Shown: one piece after another, positions 8,778-18,100 of the stretch | Layout of the letters: each line of letters opens with the position of its first letter | How positions within the stretch are numbered: position 1 is the stretch's first letter | Position numbers and translations under genes: made by a program | The notes under the pieces: model-generated | What the model saw: only the letters and a program-made list of their open reading frames with translations | What the model was told of the DNA's origin: nothing | Databases searched by the model: none | From: a virus | Lineage: Duplodnaviria > Caudoviricetes | Virus record (IMG/VR): IMGVR_UViG_3300020042_002456 | Coordinates: 1-52,318 of that record | Length of the DNA stretch: 52,318 nt | Strand: one strand, 5' to 3'

Positions 8778-9767
8778 ATGAGTAATGTTTCTATTTTTTC
8801 CGCTTCGAAAGTCCCCGCTTTCGCCCGCAACAATGCGTTGTCTGCCACGGCCCGTGCCCTGACCGGCGGCGGTGCAGCCGGTGCTACCGGCAAGCGCATC
8901 TCCATCAAGGGTGGTGTGTTTCGTTTGATCGACGGCGGCAAAGAGATTGCCACAATTGACGAGCGTCATTTGGATGTTGTCATCATCAAGGCAGCGCCCG
9001 AGGTGAGCCGCCAGTTCTACGCCGCAGCGTACAACGCCGATACTGTGTCCGCGCCTGACTGCACCAGCAACGATGGTAAGACCCCGGATGCTTCGTCTAA
9101 AAACAAGCAAGCCGAGACATGCATGGCCTGTGCGCAAAACCAAGCTGGCTCGGGTCAAGGCAACAGCCGCGCTTGCCGTTACTTGCAGCGTATGGCTGTG
9201 GTGCTGGCTAACGACATCGAGGGCTCGGTGATGCAGTTGACGCTACCCGCTACGTCGATCTTTGGTAAGGAGCAAGGTGACAAGCGTGCCCTGCAAGCCT
9301 ACGCCCGCTACTTGGCAGCGCAGAACCCGCCGGTTAACCCCGAGCAGATTGTGACCCGCATGAAGTTTGATACGACTTCGGAAGCGCCCAAGCTGTTGTT
9401 CGCTGCAACCCGTTGGCTGACCGATGACGAGTACGATACTGTGCAGACGCAGGCTGAGACAGACGATGCCAAGAAAGCCATTGCGGCTTCTAGCGCTAGC
9501 GCACCAGCGGCGGCTCCGCTGCAACTGGCGGGGGCAAAGCCGATGGGCCAACTCATGAATGAGGAACATGCTGCCGCCTATGAGCCCATCGCTGCAAAGG
9601 CTGCAAAGGCTGCAAAGGCCAAGCCAGCCCCTGTGGTGGTCGAGGAAGATGAGGAGGACACAGCGCCTGAGCCCGAGGTGCGCAAGGCCGCTGCCAAGCC
9701 TACCGCCGTGCCTGCTTCCAAAGGCAAGCTGGCTGACATCGTGTCCGCTTGGGACGACGAGGAGTAA
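8778..9767 (+). CDS. Putative single-stranded DNA-binding/annealing protein
   Basis: Position in module; four Cys; Ala/Lys/Pro linker; acidic C-terminus WDDEE. Confidence 0.65.
   Translation: MSNVSIFSASKVPAFARNNALSATARALTGGGAAGATGKRISIKGGVFRLIDGGKEIATIDERHLDVVIIKAAPEVSRQFYAAAYNADTVSAPDCTSNDGKTPDASSKNKQAETCMACAQNQAGSGQGNSRACRYLQRMAVVLANDIEGSVMQLTLPATSIFGKEQGDKRALQAYARYLAAQNPPVNPEQIVTRMKFDTTSEAPKLLFAATRWLTDDEYDTVQTQAETDDAKKAIAASSASAPAAAPLQLAGAKPMGQLMNEEHAAAYEPIAAKAAKAAKAKPAPVVVEEDEEDTAPEPEVRKAAAKPTAVPASKGKLADIVSAWDDEE
9591..9617 (+). repeat. 9-bp tandem repeat GCTGCAAAG x3 (AAK x3)
   Basis: Read directly from sequence. Confidence 0.9.
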
Positions 9768-9774
9768 TTAAATC

Positions 9775-9852
9775 GGGGGGAAAGCGGATGCTGGTGAAGT
9801 GTTACTGCAATACGGCGGTCAACCAGACGCAGCGAGTACCCCCACCTTTTTA
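9775..9852 (+). ncRNA. Putative structured RNA: long hairpin with loop-E-like GAA/AGUA motif, followed by a U-tract
   Basis: GGGGG/CCCCC outer stem, GAAA opposite GAGUA, CUGG-UGA/UCA-A-CCAG inner stem; intergenic. Confidence 0.55.
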
Positions 9853-9860
9853 GAAATGCT

Positions 9861-10139
9861 ATGGCCTACTCACAAAAAATTATTGACTTGGTGGCATCCT
9901 CGCCTAAGACGCCGGGCAACCAGCTTGGGCGTTGGGCTGTGCACCTTGACTTCCCCGTTACGAAAATTGCCTACGCGCTAGGTGTCACCCGTCAGACTGT
10001 GTACAACTGGTTTGCCGGTAAGGACATTTTTGTTGCATACCAAACTCGTGTCGAATTCCTTTTAAAAATAATGTCTACGTCCGCAACTGCTGATGTGGCT
10101 TGGAGAACAATATGCAAAGAATACAACCTCGAACCCTGA
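9861..10139 (+). CDS. Cro/XRE-like HTH transcriptional regulator
   Basis: 'VTKIAYALGVTRQTVYNWF' HTH. Confidence 0.85.
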   Translation: MAYSQKIIDLVASSPKTPGNQLGRWAVHLDFPVTKIAYALGVTRQTVYNWFAGKDIFVAYQTRVEFLLKIMSTSATADVAWRTICKEYNLEP

Positions 10140-10288
10140 CAAACGACGAACTTGAGCGCCTGATCTATATCACCAAACCGAGCGAACTATCCGCTGAGTG
10201 GGTAGCGGAGTTGTTGCGCCGCACAGACAAGGACTGGAGTGAAACTGAACCCAAAGACCCCGCGCAGTTAGAACTCGACCTGTCTTAA
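10112..10288 (+). CDS. Hypothetical protein (start moved to MQRIQPR)
   Basis: SD GGAG 6 nt upstream; C-terminal QLELDL resembles a beta-clamp-binding motif. Confidence 0.65.
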   Translation: MQRIQPRTLTNDELERLIYITKPSELSAEWVAELLRRTDKDWSETEPKDPAQLELDLS

Positions 10289-10308
10289 ACCATTTCCCAA
10301 GGATACCT

Positions 10309-13260
10309 ATGGAACCGCTTGAGTTTCTAGCGGAGGTACTGCCACCCCCCGGAAATGGTAAGTACTGTGTTGTTGAACTATCAAAGAACAAGGAGCATTT
10401 TTATGTAGACACATTGGAGCAAGCGCTGCCAAAGATAGATGCGTGGAAACAGCGTGGGTTGGATGTCTACTTTGCGCTGGGCACTTTCGGGGATTTGAAG
10501 CGCCGTATTGCAACCAATGTGCGGATGGTGCGCTGCATCGCAGTCGATGTGGACTGCAACCACCCCAAGGATTTGCCGGATGCGGATGGCGTAATTAAGT
10601 CCAAGGCGTACCCGTCAGCGCAGGCTGCGGCACGGGCCATCATGCAGTTTGCCGAAGAGGTCGGACTGTCCGGGCTGGGTAGCCCTTGGCTGGTGGCATC
10701 GGGCGGTGGTGTGCACGCATACTGGCCGTTCAAAGAGGCTGTGGACATCAACGAGTGGAAGCCCGTGGCCGAGGGGTTTAAGCGCCTGTGCTTTCAAAAG
10801 AAGCTGGACATTGACCAAACGATTACGGCTGACGCATCAAGGGTGCTGCGTGTCTTTGACACGATCAATACCGGCATCAAGAACGACAAGCGTGTGCGGG
10901 AAGTCACCAATGTCAAGTTTAAAAATGCGGGCGATCACTTTGACTTTGCGGACATCCGGGCGCTGGTTGAGCGCAACCTGATTGGCACCGCCTATGCAGT
11001 TAAGACAGTTGCGCCGAGCAACGCGCTGGTACTACCGGGGCAGCGCCCTACCAAGGAGGGTAAACCCTTAGCGGTACAGCTTTACGCCAACAGCGTGACT
11101 AAGTTTGGCAATATCTTTAAGGCTACCAAGGCTGGGCAGGGTTGCGATCAGCTTCGGTACTACGCTGAGCACGCTGATGAGGACGGCATGGAGCCGCTGT
11201 GGCGGGCGCATTTGAGCATTGCCAAGAAGTGCGTGGACGGGGAGAAGGCGGCGGCATGGCTCAGTGGACTGCACCCGTACGACGAAGACCGGATGCACAG
11301 GAAGCTGGCTGAGATCAAAGGCCCATACCCCTGTACCAAATTTGATTCAGAGAACCCCGGCGTGTGCATCAACTGCAAGCACTGGGGCAAGATCACCAAC
11401 CCCCTAGCCCTTGGTCGGGATGTGGCGTTGTCCAACGAGGCCAAGCAGGTAGAAATTGCTGGGCCTGCGGTGTCCGACGCGGTGCGGCAGGTGCTGCGCC
11501 CAGAACCGCCAAGGGGTTACTCCTACGGCGCAAACGGTGGTGTGTTCGTTGTCAAGGATGACGAGGACGCCAACGGCAATAAGATGCAGCGCAAGATCAT
11601 GCTGCTGGCGTATGACTTGTTTCCTGTGGACATTTTGGTCACGAACAAGGAGCACACCATCCACATGATAGCCCTGCGCCCCGAAGGTGGGCAGACAGTC
11701 ACGCTGCCCCAAAAGTCTGTTGTCAGTAAAGAGGAAACGCTAAAGAGTCTTGCCAACCAAAATATTTTGGCTACCTTTGGTGCTCTGAATGACGTTAATT
11801 TATTCCATTACATACGAGCGAGTGTTGAAAAAATGAGCAATGAAAAATCCCCTGTACGTGTTCCTGAAAGCTATGGCTGGCAAAACGATGACACCTTTGT
11901 CTTTGCTGGACGTATCTACTCCAAGGGTACGCCAATTGAAGTACCTATGGCGGGGCTGGAGAACATCGTCAACAACACCAAACCTACCGGCACGCTGGAG
12001 GGGTGGCAGGCGTGTATCAACATGCTGATACGCCGCGAGATGTATGACATCTTGGCAGTTTTCCTTGCCGGTGCTGGCTCCCCGCTGATGCGTTTTACAG
12101 GTCTGTACGGTATGACGTACCACTGCGCAGCACGGGCTTCGGGTACTGGCAAGTCGCTGGCGCTTGAGGCGGCGGCATCTATTTGGGGGCATCCAGCGCA
12201 TTACCGCACCGGCAAGAGTACCTCGATGGTCGCCATGCAGCAACGCCTTGGCCTGCTGCACAGCCTGCCCTTGGTGACCGACGAGATCACTTCCAAAAAT
12301 CGTGAAGCGCCTGAGTGGTTCTCCGAGTTCCTGCTGGATATGACTGAGGGGCGCGGCAAGGAGCGCATGGAGTCTGGCGCTAACAAGGAGCGTCTGAACA
12401 ACTCGACATGGGCTGGGCATGCACTCATGTCCTCAAACACCTACGTGGTGGACAGCCTGACCGGGGCACGCAAGGTGGGCGCAGAGGGTGAGCTTCGCCG
12501 CTTGATCGAGTTCCGCATGAACGAAATCCTGACATGGAGCCCCGAGGAAATTGAGACCATCAAGTCCTTGTCCCATAACTACGCCGTAGCGGGTGAGGTG
12601 CTGGCTGACTTCTTTGCTAAGAACGTGCCCCTCCTAAAAGAGCTTGTGCCCGATATTGTGCGCAAGATGCACGTTGAGTACGGCGCTACCAACGACGAGC
12701 GTTATTGGATAGGGAGTGTTGGCTGCAACATAGCCGCTGGCATCATTATGGGTGACGCGCACACGGGGCTTGTCAACCTGCCTTTGGACAAGATCATTGA
12801 TGCATATCGCAAGCGCATTGAGTACCAGCGCATAGCTATACGGGGCAACAAACGCAGCACCGAGGATGTGCTTAACGAGTTCATCCGTGAAAGCTGGGGC
12901 CAGTTTGTGGTGGTCAACTACGGCACTTCCGGCGGCGTCTTGGCGCAGATGGGGGACGGCGGTAGCATCGACAAGAGCACCACCCGCAAGGAGGTCAAGG
13001 GCCGGGTGGAGAACGGCGCTATGGAGGGGTACACGGACTTTTACATTGAGGAGCGCGTGCTGCGCTCGTTCTGCGCCACCATGAACTTTGGTTACGCTGA
13101 GTTCAAGGAGGAACTGGAGAAGCTGTTTGCCGTGAAGTACATGCCCCGCAAAGACCTGATGTCTAAGACAGGTGGCCCACCGCTGCGTACGGCAGTTATG
13201 CGGATAACGAGGCCGATAAATGAAGAACTTGAAAATCATTTATCCGTGGAAAAAGACTGA
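10309..13260 (+). CDS. AEP primase (RepB-like) + PriCT/Zn domain + DUF927-like/NTPase helicase fusion
   Basis: DVD and SGGGVHAYW AEP motifs; PCxxF...CxxC; Walker A SGTGKS, Walker B LVTDE. Confidence 0.88.
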   Translation: MEPLEFLAEVLPPPGNGKYCVVELSKNKEHFYVDTLEQALPKIDAWKQRGLDVYFALGTFGDLKRRIATNVRMVRCIAVDVDCNHPKDLPDADGVIKSKAYPSAQAAARAIMQFAEEVGLSGLGSPWLVASGGGVHAYWPFKEAVDINEWKPVAEGFKRLCFQKKLDIDQTITADASRVLRVFDTINTGIKNDKRVREVTNVKFKNAGDHFDFADIRALVERNLIGTAYAVKTVAPSNALVLPGQRPTKEGKPLAVQLYANSVTKFGNIFKATKAGQGCDQLRYYAEHADEDGMEPLWRAHLSIAKKCVDGEKAAAWLSGLHPYDEDRMHRKLAEIKGPYPCTKFDSENPGVCINCKHWGKITNPLALGRDVALSNEAKQVEIAGPAVSDAVRQVLRPEPPRGYSYGANGGVFVVKDDEDANGNKMQRKIMLLAYDLFPVDILVTNKEHTIHMIALRPEGGQTVTLPQKSVVSKEETLKSLANQNILATFGALNDVNLFHYIRASVEKMSNEKSPVRVPESYGWQNDDTFVFAGRIYSKGTPIEVPMAGLENIVNNTKPTGTLEGWQACINMLIRREMYDILAVFLAGAGSPLMRFTGLYGMTYHCAARASGTGKSLALEAAASIWGHPAHYRTGKSTSMVAMQQRLGLLHSLPLVTDEITSKNREAPEWFSEFLLDMTEGRGKERMESGANKERLNNSTWAGHALMSSNTYVVDSLTGARKVGAEGELRRLIEFRMNEILTWSPEEIETIKSLSHNYAVAGEVLADFFAKNVPLLKELVPDIVRKMHVEYGATNDERYWIGSVGCNIAAGIIMGDAHTGLVNLPLDKIIDAYRKRIEYQRIAIRGNKRSTEDVLNEFIRESWGQFVVVNYGTSGGVLAQMGDGGSIDKSTTRKEVKGRVENGAMEGYTDFYIEERVLRSFCATMNFGYAEFKEELEKLFAVKYMPRKDLMSKTGGPPLRTAVMRITRPINEELENHLSVEKD

Positions 13261-13426
13261 GCGGGGGCAGGGGTTTTTTGTCCCCTGCCTCGACCCCGAA
13301 CTTATCCGCACACAAGGACTGAAACGGGCGCTTGACCTGCGCCTGTTTGATGCCCGAGCCCAACCCGCCATCCGTAAGGGGTTTACTGGGGTGTGGTTCT
13401 ACCGCCTGCCGCTTCAGCCCGCCTGA
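13220..13426 (+). CDS. Small phage protein (PW...G.GFFVP), possibly DNA-binding
   Basis: Overlaps the primase end and the convergent gene end. Confidence 0.6.
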   Translation: MKNLKIIYPWKKTERGQGFFVPCLDPELIRTQGLKRALDLRLFDARAQPAIRKGFTGVWFYRLPLQPA

Positions 13427-15137
13427 TGGCTTTTAAGTAACGCTCGGACTGTAGCTGGCGTTGTGCATTCAAGGCATCAATTCGTTTTTCCTTGGCGTCA
13501 GGTGAAGCGTTGGAGTTACGGATGATGTCCTCTTGCGTACGCAGCGCTCCCATGATCTTCTGGTACTGCGCTGCCAACGGTGCAACCATAATCTCGGCAC
13601 GGTTGTCGGCAAGGAACTCCTTGGCATCTTCGCGCTTGCCCTTCTTTCGATAGTCATCGAAAGTACGCTTGGCTTCCATTGCATCGTTGGCTAGCTTGTA
13701 CACCACATCGGCATCCTCACCGCCGTACTTGCGCTGGAAAGAACTGCCAATTAGCGGCATCTCTGATAGCTTGCGGGTGGGCTCTTCCTTGTCTTCGCGG
13801 AACATCTCATTGGTTGATGCAAGCACCATCAAAGGTATTTGACCTAAGTACCCCGACACGATGTGCTCGATCTGGATAGGCGAGAGCCCCGGAACCACCG
13901 TAGCCATCCATTTAGCAACTTCTGTTGTGTGGGCGTTGTACCGCGCTTCGGGTTTTAGTTTTTCAAGTCGTGCAGACTCCAGCGGTGTGCCGCTGAAGAA
14001 GCTCTTGTTGGCATACACCTCGGCCAGCGGCTTGACAAGCTGGGGTACAAAGTAGCTGCTAGCGCCGGGGATAGCGCCCACAAACATATCCTTGATTGCA
14101 CGTAGCTGTTGGGGTGTGTCCACCTCGCCCTTGATAGCGTCCGCCATAGCCACGCCAGCGGAGAAGAAGAAACCGAACTCGTACGGGATTGGCAGCTTCA
14201 GCGGCTCATCCACACCCGGCAGGGGTATAAAGAAGTTGCTGTACCTGTCTCTTGGCTTGGCGTTTTTGTAGTACTCATCGTCATCCATTGCCATCGCGTA
14301 TGCAAGACCGAAGCCAGTAAGCATCATGGCGTTGTTGGCAAACTTGCGCTTAATCTTCAACACATCTTCGGCAGGCATGTTGCCCGTGGCTGCTTTGACC
14401 AGCACGCTCAAGCCTTGTATCTGCGCGTTGAAGAACGGTATCATGCGGCTGGCGTACTGCACAGTGGGCGACAACCCGCGCTTGGAGAAGTTCATCGACT
14501 CCCGCACCGCATAGTCAGCCTCTGCTTCGGACAGGCCGTTTTTGATGGCGTTGTCGTAGATCAACGTACGGGTAGCTGCATCGGCTTGCAGTGCCAGTCT
14601 GTCGGCTCCGGCAAGTAGGCGGTCTATGGTGCTTTGCGATTTGCCGCTTGCCAACTGCAAGGCAATCTTGGACATGTTTGCAACATCGCCCTCAAACAGC
14701 CCGCTTTGCAGCAAACCCTTTTCGATCATCTTAGCGCCGGTCTTGCTTTTGCCTGCGGCTATTTTCAAAAACTCTTTGTTGGCCTTGAAGATGGCGGTGA
14801 TGGGGCCGTAGTCCAAGCCGGAAGTAGCGGTAGCTGCAAACGGGTCACGGAACAACTGACGGGCTAGGTAGATTGGCGTACGGGTAATGCCCGAACGCAA
14901 CAAGTCGCCAGCAATGCCGCCCCACTTGAGGAACGCAGGCAGTGTCAGGTGAGCGCCGTCCAGTGACTTAATAATCAGTTCGGCGGGGATGCCACCAAAC
15001 AAGGTGTCATTGGTCTCCACACGCAGATAGCGATCCCCTTTGTCGTTTTCACGGTTGGGGTCTGGTTCTTGCGTCCAGCGGATTACGTTGGCTTGGTCTG
15101 GGCCTTTGCCAAATTGATAGGCATCAAGTTTGTTGGC
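13383..15137 (-). CDS. C-terminal part of the giant polyvalent virion protein (LPD38-like); continues 15083..23218 in the -1 frame
   Basis: Frame open upstream of the annotated GTG to 15137 (…QFGKGPDQANVIRW…LRVETNDTL); 'NF.KRG…IPFFNAQIQG…LKLPIPYEFG…NKSFFSGTP' motifs. Confidence 0.75.
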   Translation of the reverse strand, partial: ANKLDAYQFGKGPDQANVIRWTQEPDPNRENDKGDRYLRVETNDTLFGGIPAELIIKSLDGAHLTLPAFLKWGGIAGDLLRSGITRTPIYLARQLFRDPFAATATSGLDYGPITAIFKANKEFLKIAAGKSKTGAKMIEKGLLQSGLFEGDVANMSKIALQLASGKSQSTIDRLLAGADRLALQADAATRTLIYDNAIKNGLSEAEADYAVRESMNFSKRGLSPTVQYASRMIPFFNAQIQGLSVLVKAATGNMPAEDVLKIKRKFANNAMMLTGFGLAYAMAMDDDEYYKNAKPRDRYSNFFIPLPGVDEPLKLPIPYEFGFFFSAGVAMADAIKGEVDTPQQLRAIKDMFVGAIPGASSYFVPQLVKPLAEVYANKSFFSGTPLESARLEKLKPEARYNAHTTEVAKWMATVVPGLSPIQIEHIVSGYLGQIPLMVLASTNEMFREDKEEPTRKLSEMPLIGSSFQRKYGGEDADVVYKLANDAMEAKRTFDDYRKKGKREDAKEFLADNRAEIMVAPLAAQYQKIMGALRTQEDIIRNSNASPDAKEKRIDALNAQRQLQSERYLKAIRRAEAAGGRTTPQ

Positions 15138-18100
15138 TTACCATTCTTACCTATGGGGCCGAGGCCATCACCGGCAGCTTGCATGGCGTAGCCTACGTTC
15201 TTCATCGCCATGTTGTTCATGCCCTTGGTCACCAGCAGCATGGTGTTGCGCATGATGGACTTGTCCAACGGCATGATCTTGGCCTCGCCACCTTTTAGCT
15301 CGGCAAGGTATGGCTGGTGGCGGATGTCGCCAATGGTCAGCGTCTTCTCGCCACCAAAGACCAACTCAGCCGTGCCGTCAGCACGCACGCGGTAGTACGG
15401 AACGTAGTCCTCATCCTTTAAGTAGGCCTTGGCATCAGCCTGCGAAATAGCCGCTACCTGTGGAGAGGACAACCACTCAATCATGCCCCGGTTGTACGCG
15501 TTGTATTTCTTGCGCACATTCTCCAGCGCTGCTTTAAGTTTGGGGTCAGCGTTTGCTGCCGCCATTGCGTCTATAAGTTCTTGCTCGGTCTCAATCCCCA
15601 GAGCGCCAATGTCTAGCTTCTTCAACCCTTTGTTTAAAGCTCGCTGCGCAATCATGTACACCGAGGCCAAGCCCATCTTGGCTTGTGCGTCCCCATAGCT
15701 ATCTGGTATGTCCTGCACGGCATCAAACACTTGGCCCGCATCATTTTCCATGCTGCTGTTGACCGAGTAGTACCCCTTGGCATCCTTAACCATTTTGGGT
15801 GGGCCAACGGACAACGACATTTGCGTAGTTGACATAGCCTGATCGGCTGCGGTAATGCTAAAGATAGCTTGGCGGAACAGCTTGGTGCTGCCCATAGTTT
15901 TTGGGTCTTTAATCGCGTTGTTAAGCGCCTTGATTACACCGGCCCGCATATCCGCCGCTGCCATTTCAATCTGAAGCCCAATGTGTGACCCGGCTTGTTC
16001 TTTATATGTTTTATCTTGCGCAACAGCTTTCTTTGCTAGTTTTGTCAGCGCATCGTCAGACTTGTAGTCGGCCTTGCGAGACAACATTATTTCGTTGGTT
16101 GTCCCAACGGGTTTAAGGTTAACCGCAAGAATTTCAGGCGCGTTGTCTATGTATGCACGTTCAATATACTTACGATCGTTTTTTTGCTCAAGCGCTTCAA
16201 TACCTGCGTCTTTTAGTAATGCGTTTGCTTTTTCAACGCCAAGTTTTTCGCGCATGCCGTAGTACAAAGAATTTAGGTAATAAGTACCCGTATCCTCAAA
16301 CTTAATTAAGTTATATTTGTCGCCATATTTTTTAAGCAACACGTCAATCTGTGGGCGTTCCCCGGCTCTGGCGGTAGAGTTAATACTAAAAATCTTTTCG
16401 CTTGGAATATCATCAAGCGCCCGGTACAAATTTCCTGCGGCAGGTCGTTTTGTCAGGCCATTGATTTTTGTGGCATCTAAAGTGTTTATTGCTTTTAGTT
16501 CCCTGCGGAGAGTTGTTAACTCGTCTCGAGCTTCTTCCAAGCTACTTTCTCTAGCTTTTCTTTTTTCCCGGCTGGCAAGTGCTTTTTCCCAGTCACTAAC
16601 GCTTTTAGTTAGCCGATCACGCGATGCGCTTATGTACTGTTGCGCGGTTTTGTTTTCTACAGGGTTTAATGCGCCCCCAGAAGAAACACTTGATAAATAA
16701 CGGCTCAACAAAACAGATTCGTATTTGCTTTGCAATTCCGCAACAGACAACTTACTGTTATCGGCTGTCATAAACTTTTCGTCCATACTGCGGTAATCTT
16801 CGTACGTTTTGTTGCCGTACCCTGTTTCGTTTGCAGCTTTACCAAACGGTATGGCGTGCTGGTAGTACTCCCCGTACTCTTTGTCTGGGGTTGTGTATGG
16901 GCCAGCGCCTAAAGAGTTATCGGCATCAAAGCGTCTGTCAAATACACCTTCCCCCGCACCGGCTTTACGTACATCAAACTTTGTAAAAGTTGCATCGCTT
17001 CCGTGCCATGTGCCTTTAAGTTCCAACTGCGCGCAGCCGTAGGCAAAGTTAACCAAGTCGCCTGCTTGCAAGTTGGTTGGGTTGATACCAAAAGCGTTGA
17101 GCGCTTTCTTGAACGCCGCAATAACCATGTTCAACCAGTTGCGCAACGCTGAACCGCCTTTAACACCTTGTGGGTTGACGCCCATTTTTACGGCTTCTTC
17201 TACGGCATAAGCCAACAACTCGTCGTCTATATGGGACTTTTGCGTGTTGGCAGCTTCTACGCGGCGCATTGCAGCCGCGCCAATCTTTGCTTCAATAGAA
17301 CCATCGGTGCGCTTCGCCCATTGCCTGATTTGATTAACCAGTGCTTTGTACTGGCCTTCGTTAAAGAAGTTGCGAAAGCCTATGTGAACGCCAACCTCGT
17401 GGAGCAATACACCGAGCCCTTCGTTTTTACCAATATTCTCAGCAAACAAAACCGCCTTGTTGGCTTGCGCAAAACCTTTGGCATCTGACGGAATTTGTTT
17501 GCGTAGCTCATCTTGTAAGTCAGCGTCTTGCTGCCCGATGTATTCTTCTACGTTGTCGTAGATTTCTACGTTACCCCGGCTGGTGACATCACCACCCATA
17601 ACTTTACGAAGTTCTTCTTTGAGGGATTCAACGGTTTGACCTTTAACGGGCGTGCCACGTGACAGCATTGGGCGTGCGCCTGTTGCAGCAACAAACTCTT
17701 GGGTGGACTCGGATACTGGCCCCAGTTTTTCCCGTTGCGCTTTTGTAATGTCTTCGGCTTCAAGCAGCGCTTTTGCTGCATCCAAATTGCCACGGCTGGT
17801 TTCCAGCCGGTTGTCTGCTGCTTCGTACGCAGCCTTTGCGTCTTCTCTAACTTGCGCAGGCTGGCCTTTTGAAGCTTCATACACCTCGGTTGCTTTTTTC
17901 AAGTTAGTTGCGGCTTCATTGGCTTTTATTTGCGCTGCATCTATGTTGGCTTGCAACCGTTCCAGTTGTTGCTGCCTGTCGCTTATTGGTCTGCCTGAGC
18001 GCTTGCTTTCGGTCAGTTTAGCCACGTTGCTGGTTACACCGCGTGTCACGGGGCCAGTGCGTGTCACATTTGATGGGGCTACGTTAGCGCGTTCGGATGC

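Noticed and set aside
15083-15137. Programmed -1 frameshift
   Set aside because: No canonical slippery heptamer in the overlap window; an indel error is simpler
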